A stretch of DNA of 64,000 nt from Paragordius varius (taxonomy: Eukaryota; Animalia; Nematomorpha). Each line of letters starts with the position of its first letter. The first letter of the stretch is position 1. Under the pieces are notes generated by a model. The model saw nothing but the letters and a program-made list of their open reading frames with translations. It was not told where the DNA came from and made no database searches. Where the stretch lies: positions 11,098,001-11,162,000 of the forward strand of contig OZ176051.1 in NCBI GenBank assembly GCA_964247055.1, written 5' to 3'. This document shows positions 13,401-25,749 of the stretch, one piece after another. A program made the position numbers and the translations under genes.

Positions 13401-13636
13401 AATCCTTATTGCTGCAACACAATGTTTCCAACAATAACGCTAATGCCATGTATAAGGCTACACCGCAATACGATAGTATTATATCTACGGCCAAGTATAT
13501 AATTGGCCGTGAGGGCGTCATCAAAGGTTTGTACAAAGGACTCTCCATGAATTGGATTAAAGGTCCCATAGCTGTAGGCATTAGTTTTTCCACATTCGAT
13601 ACCCTACAAAGGCATTTAATCCATTGGTTTTCGTAA
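10417..13636 (+). CDS. SLC25A42: Mitochondrial carrier, coenzyme A transporter type (SLC25A42/Leu5-like), 408 aa. Exons 10417-11075, 11858-12009, 12448-12624, 13398-13636
   Basis: Three carrier signature motifs ([34 protein letters not shown]) plus subfamily-typical [13 protein letters not shown] and [21 protein letters not shown]. Splice phases 2, 1, 1 are consistent. Confidence 0.88.
13004..13104. repeat. Local tandem duplication with a 55-bp period in SLC25A42 intron 3
   Basis: CTGCCAGGATATCAATTCTATGA.TTTTTTATCGTTTAATAACAAA occurs at 13004 and 13059. Confidence 0.9.
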
Positions 13637-14049
13637 TACCCAACAAAAAAAATTGGGCGAGAACTGGTGAATAGTTTTGATTTTATCGTTATGTTGGACC
13701 TAAGGTAGGTGTGTACCTCAATTTATAAATGCCTCCATAAAATTTAATTTATAATAATTATTATCAGTCGTTATTGATAATAATACATGCGGATTTAATC
13801 ATTCATAAAAACACTACTCAAATAAATTTATTTTTATTTATCGATGTATGCTTGTATAAAAATTGGGTGATTTATATATTTTGAAATATGTCAAATAGTT
13901 AATTAAATTATTTTTGTTTAGATTCTTGGCATTAGAATAGAAAAGTGGAGCTATGGAATATTAAATAATAATAATAGAATAATGGCGAAATGTGAAAAAA
14001 ATCGGATCATCAGAGACGAGCTATTGTCATATAAATCAAACCTAATACC

Positions 14050-14620
14050 GCATTTATTAATAGGCCATATCTACACTATAAAAATTATTTGAATCTATAA
14101 AAGGCAATCATACAATTAGGATATAATAGAATTGATTGTTTGAGTGGTTTCCTAACAATGACTCTAACTATGTATACATTAATTCATAAAGAAATTTTTT
14201 ACACTGCTAAAAAGGGAAAAAAATTAGACTAAAATTGTTAAAATGGAATTGAATGCTAATTAATGTAATTGGTTATAAAAGGTTAAACTATGTAGACAAT
14301 AGATTTACCGATAGTCTTAATTAATATAGCCTTGTTTTTAAAGATTTCGATCGCCTCACTGATTTTCATATAAGTTACTTACAATTTTTATTGTAAGGAC
14401 GACTTTATATACCATGTAACTGTTATTTACTCTTACAGGCCTGAGACCTAATCGGCTTTCCTTATATATTGCTGATGTTCTTTGATCCGGGTGAATGTGA
14501 TTTTTCTAGATTTGTTAATAGAGATTTCTTTGCAGATCCATGAGTTTCTTATAATACTAGGAGTTTGTTATCATGCTTTTGTGTTTAAAGGGTGAAACCT
14601 ATTTTTAGTAATATATTAAT
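14050..14620 (-). mobile_element. Highly degenerate Penelope-like GIY-YIG remnant
   Basis: A minus-strand frame reads SRKITFTRIKEHQQYIRKAD, typical of Penelope endonucleases. Flanks are stop-ridden and boundaries approximate. Confidence 0.45.
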
Positions 14621-15929
14621 AATATAAACTAACTTTTGTTTATATAATATCATTCTTAAACAACTAGAAAATTACTTTAAAAGTTTTGTTTAACCATTGA
14701 TATTTAAACCAAGATAAGGGTATAGATTTTATGAAACGATGTATTTTCTCATGTGCTCAACCAAATTTTTTTTTCATTTCTCATAAAATGAAAAAAAAAG
14801 TGGAAAGGGGTTTTAATTATCCATGATTTTAAATTCAGAAACGGTTTCAAATTGCAGCCTAAGTTAAAAAAATAAAATTAAGATAAAATTGCCATTAATC
14901 AATTAACGTTATAATTTTTCTTAAAATTATTAATTTTAATCGCATATTATATCAGACAAATATAAATGGCATCGTTATTTAGGGGTTTCGTATTTAAATA
15001 AATAGCTAAATAAAATATTTAATGAACGCAGTTTTTCTATATAATTTTTTGGTTTTTTAAATAATGGGTTTGCTATTACGTATTTGCTAACCATAAAAGA
15101 TTATCATTTAAATTTTCAACGCACTGTTCACAAAACAAATAAAATATACTTATGATTATAAATAATTAAATCTGTGAACAGGCAGGTATCTTTAATACTT
15201 CTTGACCTTTTGAGCTTATGTCGAGCAATATAAAATTTAAATATATCATCTAAGGTTTAAGGCTGAATTTAAAAATTCGTCTTTTATGCATATAATACAA
15301 AAAAATTTTCATTGTAAAATTGGAAAACAACACACTTTTTCGCCCCCATTTTTTTCTTAAATTTTTTTTAAATCGCTAATAAAATGGACAAATAAATTTT
15401 ATTTTGATTAGAAAATGAATTTAAACCTTTCAGGCTATATTTTACCAGCAAAAATTTTAACATTTTAAATCAGCTGTTGATCAATCATTTGGAGCTGTCG
15501 CAATTTTAGACTCTAGAAGTTACAAAACTGTAAAAAATTTATTTTTGTCAAATACGGGAGAACAATGTTTGATAATAAAATTTTATAAATATTCAAAACA
15601 GTTTTTATTAATTTACAAGATTGGGCTTTAGGATTTAAAGCTTCCCCAATATATCATCGCGAACAAAGGAGTGAAAAAGCCAAGAAGTTTTAATTGATAA
15701 TTGTTTAATGTAATAATAAAAAAATATGCGCAGAAATTGGAGATACAAATTTATTCCGAGTATAATGTATACTATAAAAAATGGATATACGTCCGCTGAA
15801 TATTTTCCACCATCTTATATTTAAAAAAAAACTAGGAAATCGAAATCGTTTTTTAATTTTTTGGCTAAACAATCGACTTTATGAATAAAAAGAGAAATGG
15901 TAACAGCATTCTATTAATTTATTACTAAA

Positions 15930-16616
15930 CTAATCATATTTTTTGGGTGAGAAAGGCCAATCATAACGATATATTGGTTCCAATTCATCTTTTGACAAGA
16001 ATTTTCGGCGATTCAGCACATTCCGATTCTCAAAATGTATGCCGTCAGGGTCAAACCATTTAAGGTAGTTTCTAGCGCGTTTAGCTTGCAACATTAAATC
16101 GTTGGCATACTTCTCCGCATCAAATACTTCAGCCCGGGTCAAAGCAGTTTGTATTTTTTCGTTGATGGCCGCTTCTCTCCTGGCTTTTTGTTGTGAATAC
16201 ATATTCAAATAATAAACCCGATTTTTTCTCCACCGTTTATCACGTTTGTGCTTGTTCATTTTGGATTTGCGAATCTTTAAAGCTCCGTATGCACGATTAT
16301 TTCGAGCATGTATTACCACATTATTTGATGAAGAGTTGGGAGGTGTAGCAGGTAAGTTTTTTGGGGCATTTGGAAGTTTTATTGTAAGCAACGAAGGCAA
16401 GGATGGACAATAATATGTGGATGCAGCAGTAAAGTTGTTTTGCATAAAAATAAGAGCATCTTTCTTGATCGGTACCCATATTGGTTGAATATTAAATGGA
16501 GGTAACTTTACAGATCTAATATTTTTCGTTTGTTTTCCCAATAAAGAGCCTGATAAACGAATTGAATCGGTAAAACATGTTTTTGCGATTGTCCGAACAA
16601 CGTTTGGTAAGAACAT
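15930..16616 (-). CDS. AURKAIP1: Mitochondrial ribosomal protein mS38 (AURKAIP1/Cox24 family), single exon, 228 aa
   Basis: Basic core ALKIRKSKMNKHKRDKRWRKNR resembles the mS38 motif LKIRRRKMNHHK, and the upstream YCPS resembles YQCPP. The N-terminus MFLPNVVRTIAK is presequence-like. First ATG is 16616 (the track start at 16643 is GTG); stop is TAG. Confidence 0.8.
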   Translation of the reverse strand: MFLPNVVRTIAKTCFTDSIRLSGSLLGKQTKNIRSVKLPPFNIQPIWVPIKKDALIFMQNNFTAASTYYCPSLPSLLTIKLPNAPKNLPATPPNSSSNNVVIHARNNRAYGALKIRKSKMNKHKRDKRWRKNRVYYLNMYSQQKARREAAINEKIQTALTRAEVFDAEKYANDLMLQAKRARNYLKWFDPDGIHFENRNVLNRRKFLSKDELEPIYRYDWPFSPKKYD

Positions 16617-16643
16617 ATGTGCAATATGTAAGCTGTGAAACAC
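16617..16643. promoter_or_regulatory. 27-nt spacer between the divergent start codons of mS38 and SLC25A15
   Basis: ATG at 16616 (-) and ATG at 16644 (+). Confidence 0.6.
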
Positions 16644-19600
16644 ATGGTTGAAAAAGCTAACCTACCTCACTGGTTGGATGCATCTATAGATTTTATCGCA
16701 GGATCTTTAGGTTTTTACATTATATATGGTATATAAGGTGCTGTTGCAAGCGTTTATGTTGGCCAACCACTCGATACTATTAAAGTTAAAATGCAAACGT
16801 TTCCTGAAATATATAATAAAGGAGCTTTCGACTGTTTTCGCCAAACATGGTTGAAACAAGGCCTAGCAAAAGGTATTTTAATAATAATGTATTTATAAAT
16901 CGAAACGACATTCATTTATTTATTAAAATTCTCATATTTTTTAACCTTGATTTTCACAACTTTAGTTATATTGTTGATATATGTAATATTCAAACCAATT
17001 TATATATCCCTTTTATTTGTGACCCAAAACGATAACAAGATTATAGTTTCAATTTTATTTTAATATTTTTTATAAATTTAATATTTTTATTTCTTATACA
17101 GGCTTATACGCTGGTACCGGTCCAGCGCTAATTGCTAACATTGCCGAAAATTCCGTTTTATTTGCTGCTTACGGGGTTTGCCAAAAAATTATTTTATCCC
17201 TTCATGACTCTCTACATCCAAGTAATGTGGATAAAAAATATTCAACTTCAGTTTTTCTCAATGAAGTCATTCCTAATTCGTCAAACGCTACGACTACAAA
17301 GTACGTTATAAACTAAATATAAGTATTAGTATATAAAATTTACCACTATTTTATTATTCTGCAATATGCTGAATATAACCATTTTTTGATATTTTTATAT
17401 TATCATATTCGATATTTATTATTGCATGGATTGAATTAATCTGATTTTAGTTATAAGTAGTTTTCGATATATTCCTAAAAACGGTTTTTTTATATTTTGA
17501 TTTTTTATTTTAATAATCGATCAGTTTAATTATTTTTGCAATGTTTTAAGTCTAAAAAAAAATATAAAATAAACTCTAAAATATCTTGTATGCTACATTT
17601 ATAATGTCATATACTATTTTAATTAAAAAAAGAAAAAAATTGTTTTTGAACAGTTTTCAAAAACAGCGTTCTGTTGGTAAAATCTAAAACAGCTAAGTAG
17701 CTGTTTTTTTAATATAAGTCAATTTTTATAATATATGACTAAAAATTAAAGCCTGTCCGAAAAATTATCAGCTGTTGGAAATGCATCAGCTGGAGCCATG
17801 GCCGCCATTTTTTCTACACTGGTTCTTTGTCCGACCGAACTTATAAAGTGCAAGGTTCAAGCTTATCAGGAAAATTTAAACACAGTATGGACATTTATTT
17901 GATTTTAAATTTATATGGTTGATTTTAGGAATAAGAAAAATATATTTATAAGTATTATCATAAACAATATTAATTTAAAGTTTATTAGTATTAATTATAT
18001 TTAAGATTGATTAAATGGTGACAAAAAAATAAATTTTGTCACCCACGAAATTAAATCTCTTGGTGCATTGTTATGTAAAAATTATGATTATTATAAAAAT
18101 AAGGTTTTTTAATTAAAAAATAAGTCTTAAGAGGTCTCATTTGGGTCTAAGTCAAGAAAAAAATATTAATAATTTCCCAAACAAAAACCCATCATATTTT
18201 TTCATTAATAAATTTTTGGTTTTAATCATCTGGGATGAGTGCCAATTTATTCATTTTAATTTTTTTAATTTTTATTTATTTTATAGCAATTGAAATCTGA
18301 CTTGTTTGCACACCAACATAACGCATCCAAACCCCATATAATTAGAAAGTAAAAATTTTATCACTCTCATTGAATAACTTTTTATGATTAAATTTTTATT
18401 TAATATAATTTTAAAATGATTTGTCTTACTTATAATATGAAAATTTATTTATATCAGTATGCATATTAATGGTTGCTTGTTTCACACTATAGTTTGACAA
18501 TCTACAACAGAGTAGTGTATGAGATAAAGAGAGGAAAATTGTTTATTCAACATTTTGTTGTTTTTTCCATACACTATACTGTGTTGCGAATTGCCCAACT
18601 ATAGTATAAAATAAGCAACCATTAAATAGCATACTGTAATTTGTGGTTTAAATCATATTTCAATACTAAATATGGAATATAGGTTATAATCATTGAAAAA
18701 CCAAAAAAAATTTTATTTAAATAAAAATATTATTAATTGTTTCTGTATAACTTAAACTTAAAATTATGTTTTATATAGAATAGGTCCTTGGTATGTGACA
18801 AAAGAGATTTTTCGTACAGGTGGCTTTCCGGCCTTTTTTAAAGGCATTGGTCCAACGTTTGGGCGCGAGGTCCCAGGATATTTTTGTTTCTTTGGCGGTT
18901 ATGAAATCACTAGAAATTTGTTAACTCCGACAGGAAAAACTAAAGCGGATATTGGTATATATTTTATATATAATGTAGCTTTTAGAAATTATTTTTAACG
19001 TTTTTTTAACCATATTTTTTCAAAATTGCTTAATGGGATTGTGAAATTGTTCTCTTCGATGATTAATAGCTAGACATTGAGTTATTATTTAATATATTTA
19101 TTATGCACAATATTATAAATAAAATTTTGTCCGATTTTCAGAAACTTTTATAAATTATGAATTTTTTAATATAAATTCCATAAAATATAATGCGTAATTC
19201 CCTCAATTTTGCTATTTCAGAATTTATGTATGCAATATATAAATGTTCATTTTTACATTTTCACGTTTGATTTTAGGTGTTTTAGGGACCATAATTAGCG
19301 GTGGTATGGGCGGTGTATGTCTTTGGTTAGCCATTTTCCCGTTCGATGTTATCAAGAGTCGGATGCAAGTCCTAAGCGGGCAAAATAAATTTTGGCCTGT
19401 CGCAAAAGACGTTATAACACATCAAGGTTTTGTCTTTTTTTTGATTATTTGTAGTAAAAACTTCTATATGACTTATTTTAGCTTCTCTGTAAATATGTTT
19501 AAGATTTTTTACATATATACATATATAGATATTTGTTAAAAACTATGGCGTTTTTATATAATTGATAGTCGATGTAGCTTAATTTATGCTTTAGCCTTTT

Positions 19601-20253
19601 GGAGTGTGTCAGTTCTTCATAACAAAACTAATATAAATTCTTATTTTTAAGTAAACTCTATAAATTGGAACCGAAAGTGGTGGCTTTTTGGCGGTGGTTA
19701 TCGGAAAAGAAACTGGGGTTTTTTAACGCCAATATGTGCATTTTTTATTTTTTTACAATGTTAACCCTATTTTGATTTGTTTTAAATCACAAAAGTAGTT
19801 GATATATTTTTCGATTTGTTTTATAATAATATTATATTTATAACCAAAACATGTAATTAAGAAAATTGAAACCATTTTCCAAGAAAATACTAGAATCAGA
19901 TATAATCTGTTGATAAAAAAATATAACTTTATATCCTATCTGTCTGGTTGCAAAACGTATATTTGAAAAGTAAAGTAAATGTTTTAAATGTAACAATATT
20001 AATATAAATATATATAGGAAATAGCATGGAATCTAAAATATGGTTTTCTTTACAAAAAAAATTATATTAGTATCTTTATAATTTTAAATAATTACTGTAA
20101 AATTTATTTATTTTATTTTTTTGCACAGGTTTTTATGGATTATATAAGGGACTTGGCCCAACTCTCCTTCGAACTTTTCCAGCTAGTGGGGCGCTTTTTC
20201 TCACATATGAATACGTGCAAAATAAGCTCAAACAAACTGCTCAAACCATATAA
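16644..20253 (+). CDS. SLC25A15: Mitochondrial ornithine carrier (SLC25A15-like), about 331 aa. Exons 16644-16710, 16738-16872, 17102-17300, 17752-17884, inferred micro-exon 17936-17951, 18784-18954, 19277-19426, 20129-20253
   Basis: Motifs [95 protein letters not shown] and [17 protein letters not shown] align with ORNT1. Intron 1 is 27 nt. The junction between 17884 and 18784 is the least certain. Confidence 0.88.
18455..18636. mobile_element. MITE with TIR CAGTATGC..AATGGTTGC..CTATAGT in an SLC25A15 intron; second copy at about 51848-52025 in an XPO5 intron
   Basis: About 40-bp imperfect terminal inverted repeats; homologous internal sequence (ACTGTGTTGCGAAT) in both copies. Confidence 0.7.
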
Positions 20254-20271
20254 TAGAAGATGAAATTTGAA

Positions 20272-20310
<39 letters not shown>

Positions 20311-21400
20311 AAGTGAATAAAATTATACAATGTAGATTTTAGCATACTTTTTAAACATTCATTATTAAATTCCATATAACTGCAATAAATACTCATTTTT
20401 ATTTAAAATATTGATTGGCTATTCGAGGATGCTATTAGCAAAAAATGCAATTTAGAAACTCTGAGATTCAATAAAAACATTAACATCTAAACAATTGATT
20501 CTATTAAAACAGGTCATGTAAATTAAAATGTTTTATTAGAAAAATCACTTAAAGGACGAATACTTGGTTATTTATAATTTGAGATATTTTCATTTTTTAC
20601 CACCTTAATAGTCTATGTTGAATTAATTAATCTTATGATTTTATATATGTAAAATAAGATTTTGTCTCAAACTTAGTATTAAATTTTATTTGACTTTTAA
20701 TTCATGAATTCGTAGAATTGCCTAATTATCCTAGATTAAAAATAATTAGCTATTGATATTAAAATTTTTAATTCCATTAAACTATATCTTCCAATTAATG
20801 AGTTTCTTATAGTTTTTACAATAATCGAATCAAGATTAGTTTAGTGTTTCAAACCAATTATATGTCCAACAATCAAATAATTTAACAACATCAATTATTT
20901 AATCTATTATTAATGAATACATTATATTTTGGCAGTCATATCAATACGATTAACAATAGTGTCACAGTCATCGGGAGAAGACACAAAGCAAATGTAATAA
21001 AATATAACATGTATTTTCATCTGACCTTAAGCTTACACATATTTATCCTAACCATGCTTTAGGCCGCAGATAGTTGGAGCAGTAAGGAAACGTAAGAAAC
21101 CTTATCCGAATCATTTGGCAAGATAAGATTGAAAACACCCAATGACAAATATATTTTCGGCTTGACTTTAATTTAACTTTTTATTTTAGCCACTAAAGTC
21201 CTTATTTTACCAGCTCATCAAAAGAAAATGCAGAAAACGCGGTAGGTTTGAAACGCACTCGTTAATAATTTCAATCGAATCAACTCTCAATACAACAGTT
21301 GATATACCGCGCATATCAAGCATGGCGAAAATGCAACTACATAATAGCATTGACTTAATCTTATTAAATTATTTTTGCAAGCAAGTTATATCCATATATA

Positions 21401-22077
21401 CCATTTGCACTTCAAGAGTGTCCTTGAACACTTCAAGTTGGTCCTTGAATTCAAGTTGATCCTTGAACAGTTCAAGTTGGTCCTTGAACATTTCAAGTTG
21501 GTCCTTGAACAGTTCAAGTTGGTCCTTCAACATTTCAAGTTGGTCCTTGAACACTTCAAGTTGGTCCTTGAACACTTCAAGTTGGTCCTTTGACTTTTTT
21601 GTTTGGTTTTTAACTTTATCAATCAAATCGTAAATAATTCATCTATTTTATTGTTTTTAACCTATTTTCTATCATTTAACATAAATTTTAAATCGATATC
21701 AATTTCTAATCTTTGAGAAACCGTATAACTTTTAATTTCTTAAAATAATTTTGGATATTTATAAGATTTTAGCACGAAATAAAAAAATATATAAGTTTTC
21801 TTGGTTATTAATTAAAATTTTTTTATTAGAAACATTTAAAAGTCAATAATTTTGTTCATTGAAAAAAAATAGTTTTAAACAAAAAAATGGTTTTTCAATA
21901 AAGAATTTAAATGAATAAATATATAATAATTAAAAATTAGGTTAATAAATAACAAAATAAAAAAATAAATGCAAAAATTGTTAAATTAAAATTGACCAAC
22001 TTGAACTGTTCAAGGACCAATTGAAATGTTCAAGGACCAACTTGAAGTGTTCAAAGACACTTTTGAAGTGCAAATGG
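21401..22077. mobile_element. Foldback-type MITE family B (TIR CCATTTGCACTTCAA) with 21-bp tandem arrays in both arms
   Basis: TATA-flanked inverted termini. About 8.5 units of TTCAAGTTGGTCCTTGAACAN lie at 21411-21590 and about 3.5 inverted units at 21995-22065. Confidence 0.85.
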
Positions 22078-22920
22078 TATATTATAATCATTCCAACATT
22101 TATATTTCTAACAATCAAATTATGTACTTACAATTTATTTTTTAACCATATGTATCTAACAAACAAATATTTTTTAAACAATCAAATTACATCAGCCACT
22201 AACATAAGAATGTGTTTAACAATATTATATATTTTGCAACAATTAGTAAATAGTTTACAAATATACTTCTCACAACAATCAAATTATGTTATTAAAGATC
22301 TATTACTCTGGTATTAATTATAATTTTTAAAGGTAAATTTTAGATTTAATTATTTCAATGCACTATACTATAATATATATTTTAGCGATCATATCGGATA
22401 GAATTTTTTATCCATACTTTACCCGTAGAAATAGCTGTAATAAATTCATATTGAATTGATATTTTAAAAAATAAGGGACCCTTTACTGATGCGGAACCGC
22501 TAAACTGATAATTATTGGTTGCACTCTATCTATATACATTTCATAATATCAAATTTTTAGCTATGATACATTGTGGATATGTGTATTTTTCTCAAACAAT
22601 ACATATTTGATTTCAAATATTTTGGTGTAGCTTTTAAAAACACTGATATAAGTTACACATTACATTAGGGTTATTTTTAATTTATAATGTTAACATAACG
22701 AGGGAGGATTAAATTTTATATCGATTACTACAAAAAATGGTCTCAATTTTATCCAAAACTTTATTTTGTGTAAAATACCAAAACCTTCCATGTGATAATT
22801 AGGGAGTTTTTAAGAAATACTTCTAAACTTTGCAGTAGGATGGTTAAATATTATTTATAAAAGCAGAAAGTTTAGCTAAATTACCATTTTCGCAAATGAA
22901 ATAATTTTAAACCGTCTTAA

Positions 22921-23394
22921 CACGTTGACGGACAGTAGGAACAAGCGAAGTTCGAAAATTGACACTATATGTTTTTGTGATTTTTAGAATGTTAGAAGTA
23001 TAGTTTTACTTTAATTTTGTTTTTTTATTTCTGTTTAAAGTATAAAATGAATAATAAACAAATACATACCAGTATAGTTATAGAAATAATAATAAATATC
23101 GTTAAACGTATCAATAAAAACTGTAAATTCAATAGAAAACACGATCGCACTACTCCCTTCACAACCACGTGCATACTGAATCTGCAACTCGTATAACAGG
23201 TGAAATATGAACTTCAACCTAAAAAGATGTTTTCAAAACACGACACTATGCTTCTACGTATACGCCAGTAAGTGCACATTTGTGGTGCTATAGCCGTAGC
23301 TAAAAACGACCGTTTCGTTTTGGACGGCTATAGCAGTCATGCCACATTGTGAACTTCGCTTTGACGGCTATAGCCGCAATTGTCCGTCAACGTG
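22921..23394. mobile_element. piggyBac-like non-autonomous element
   Basis: TTAA on both sides (22917-20, 23395-98) and a perfect 14-bp TIR CACGTTGACGGACA. Confidence 0.85.
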
Positions 23395-23527
23395 TTAAGT
23401 GACAAAATATTACTTATTAATCAAAATTCTCTTTTAATATAAAAATTTTAAGTGATATTTTATGTATATAATAGCCATAAAAAGAAAATATGGGAATTTG
23501 AAATGAAATAATAGTAATCCATTAATA

Positions 23528-24110
23528 CTTCGATTCAAAATAGGGCATCTAAATACCCCAGACTAAAAATAAGTAGGTTTTTTAAAAAAACTATTGATGG
23601 AAACGGTTCCATTTTAAATTAATGCTTCTAATCTAATAACAATTATATAAATATGCACAAATATTAAATAAAATTTTGTTTTGAAAAAAAGTTCCATGTC
23701 AAACTACTTCGACGCCTTTTTTATTTCACAAAACTTTTGCAAAATATCTTTATTTAATTTTAAGGGTAAAATTAAAGCTAATTTTAAATTACATCTAACA
23801 TTGATAAAAATAGAAAAAGCGGTTTATATTGTATTATTTTATAATTTTAACATTACACACATGTCACGTTAGCTAAACTTTTACCATTCGGTTTTAGCTT
23901 TAAATAAGTAATATCAAGTTTTTTTGAATAAAATTTTTATATATTTCGGTTTATTAATGTTATTAAGTGCAAAATTTTGCCATGGTTTCGAACGCTTCGA
24001 TATATTTTTGAGAATTTAATTTTAAACAGGCCTGGGTTATCCAACTACCCCAATTTGAATCAAAGCACTGAAATGAATGTGTTGTATTTGTGTTAATGAT
24101 ATCTAAAGAA
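23528..24110. repeat. Interspersed repeat with inverted ends; a second copy at 29599-34630 is split by the gypsy insertion
   Basis: CTTCGATTCAAA..GGG..TCTAAATACCCCAG at the left end, its inverse at about 24030-24065, then about 45 bp of shared tail. It is colinear with 29599-29704 plus 34171-34630. Confidence 0.8.
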
Positions 24111-25556
24111 AAAAAATCGGCCTCAAAATTAAGATTAAAATTGTTGACATTTAAAATCCATAGAATATGGATATAATATGTCCGAAGTTGGGTTTTATTT
24201 TGCTCATCTTGTGGAAAATTTAATTATTTATATTAACATGGCAAAACAAATTATGTTAAATGACTATGAATAGATAAATTGTCCTCAATTTATACTGTTT
24301 TCTCCTTTACACCATGCGAGCGAACGATCGAAAATGGTACACTATGAAATTGATTATAATCGCCGAATGCCCATATAAACGACGTGTTAGGTGACCGTGA
24401 GCCCAACCGGATTTATAAATATTGAATACATATATATATGTCAAATTGTCCGATTTATGTAATATAGGGTGCCCTTCAGATAAAAAATATTTTTGCCCCG
24501 TCAAAATAAAATTATTAACAAGTTAATCTACAGTTGCTGTCATATTAAAAAACTGCTTTTATTAGGTGGGCTTATGGGGCTAACGTATAATAAACTAAAT
24601 AAATACAAAACCTCTAACATTTTCATAGACCGTTTTTCAAGTATTAATTAATAATTTTAAGGGTCGGTGGCTGAATATGTTTTTAACATGCAAACACAAA
24701 GTAAATAGAGCTATGGTCGTATCTATTTAAAAACGTTTCCCGAGGTAAATATGAGTTAATTTACCTCATAGATGTAAGTTTTACAAGTGAAAACATTTCT
24801 CACCAAATCCTTTATATCTCAAGGGCCATGTGCCATAATACAGGGAAATAGTGCACTTCTGTTTTATACCATCATAACACCGAAATTGCGAGACGCACAA
24901 AATTGCGGCTAAAATGCACCTTATGCCATTATTTCGCTTAAAATTATTTTGATATAACGGTTTAACAATCAGGTAAGTGAGCATTGATTAACGCTTCCGT
25001 ATCGAAAATTTAATTTTTTTTGATGCCGTATTAACAGTTTGTTCTCTTTTATTTTTTTTGTTAATGATTATATTTTACATATTTTAATATTCCAGACAAT
25101 CTTGTCATAAACTATTGTTTGATGATTCGTATTGTGTACTATATAAGATAAAAAATCTTATTCGTTTTTTCAATATCTATAGTCCCGAATCGGGACAAAC
25201 AACGATTGAAACAAACAGCTGATTTTAAGATCAATAATAAATTATTTGTTGAATTCCAGGCGAAAGTTATTTATTTACATTGTGAACCATATACATTTAT
25301 TGTGTGTTGCATTAGGGATGTAAAAAAATAAGGCGGAAAAAATTTAAGATTATGATTTTTTTACAATTTTACATTTTTTAACTATTGAGCAGCGCTAAAG
25401 GCTAAATGTTTTTAAAATTTGACCAAATACATTAAACTTATATTAAAATATTAAATCCTTTGGGATATAAAATTACCTCAACAGTTATGAAGTGAAAAAG
25501 CGATTTTTAACCGATAATTTCTGTTTTTAGCGTTTGGTATTCTTCTTTTGTTTATA

Positions 25557-25749
25557 CAGTCATGTATATGGAGAATTGACAAACATTCGTTTTTAAATGA
25601 TTATAATTTTTTTTTAATTGTTTTGATGTTTGTTCAACATGCGCATTTTTAAGCCTTATGTTGAAAGTTGACATAAACATCAAAACAATTAAAAACAAAT
25701 TTTAATCATTTAAAAACGAATGTTTGTCAATTCTACATATACATGACTG
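25557..25749. mobile_element. Stand-alone copy of the inner Tc1/mariner-like MITE (TIR CAGTCATGTAT)
   Basis: TA flanks, long inverted arms and the core CATGCGCATTTTTAAGCCT shared with 3550-3751. Confidence 0.8.

Noticed and set aside
16617-16643. ORF-track start of mS38 at 16643
   Set aside because: It is a GTG codon; the first ATG is at 16616.
21411-21590. CRISPR-like look of the 21-bp arrays (also 2690-2790)
   Set aside because: Units are head-to-tail with no unique spacers, the context is eukaryotic, and no cas genes are present.
21369-22317. Leucine-zipper-like ORFs (21369-21626, 21375-21593, 22021-22317)
   Set aside because: They are translations of the 21-bp arrays within the arms of a TA-flanked inverted-repeat element.
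22478-22510. CTGATG hairpin resembling a hammerhead ribozyme core
   Set aside because: It lacks the CUGAUGA and GAAA core and the three-stem junction.
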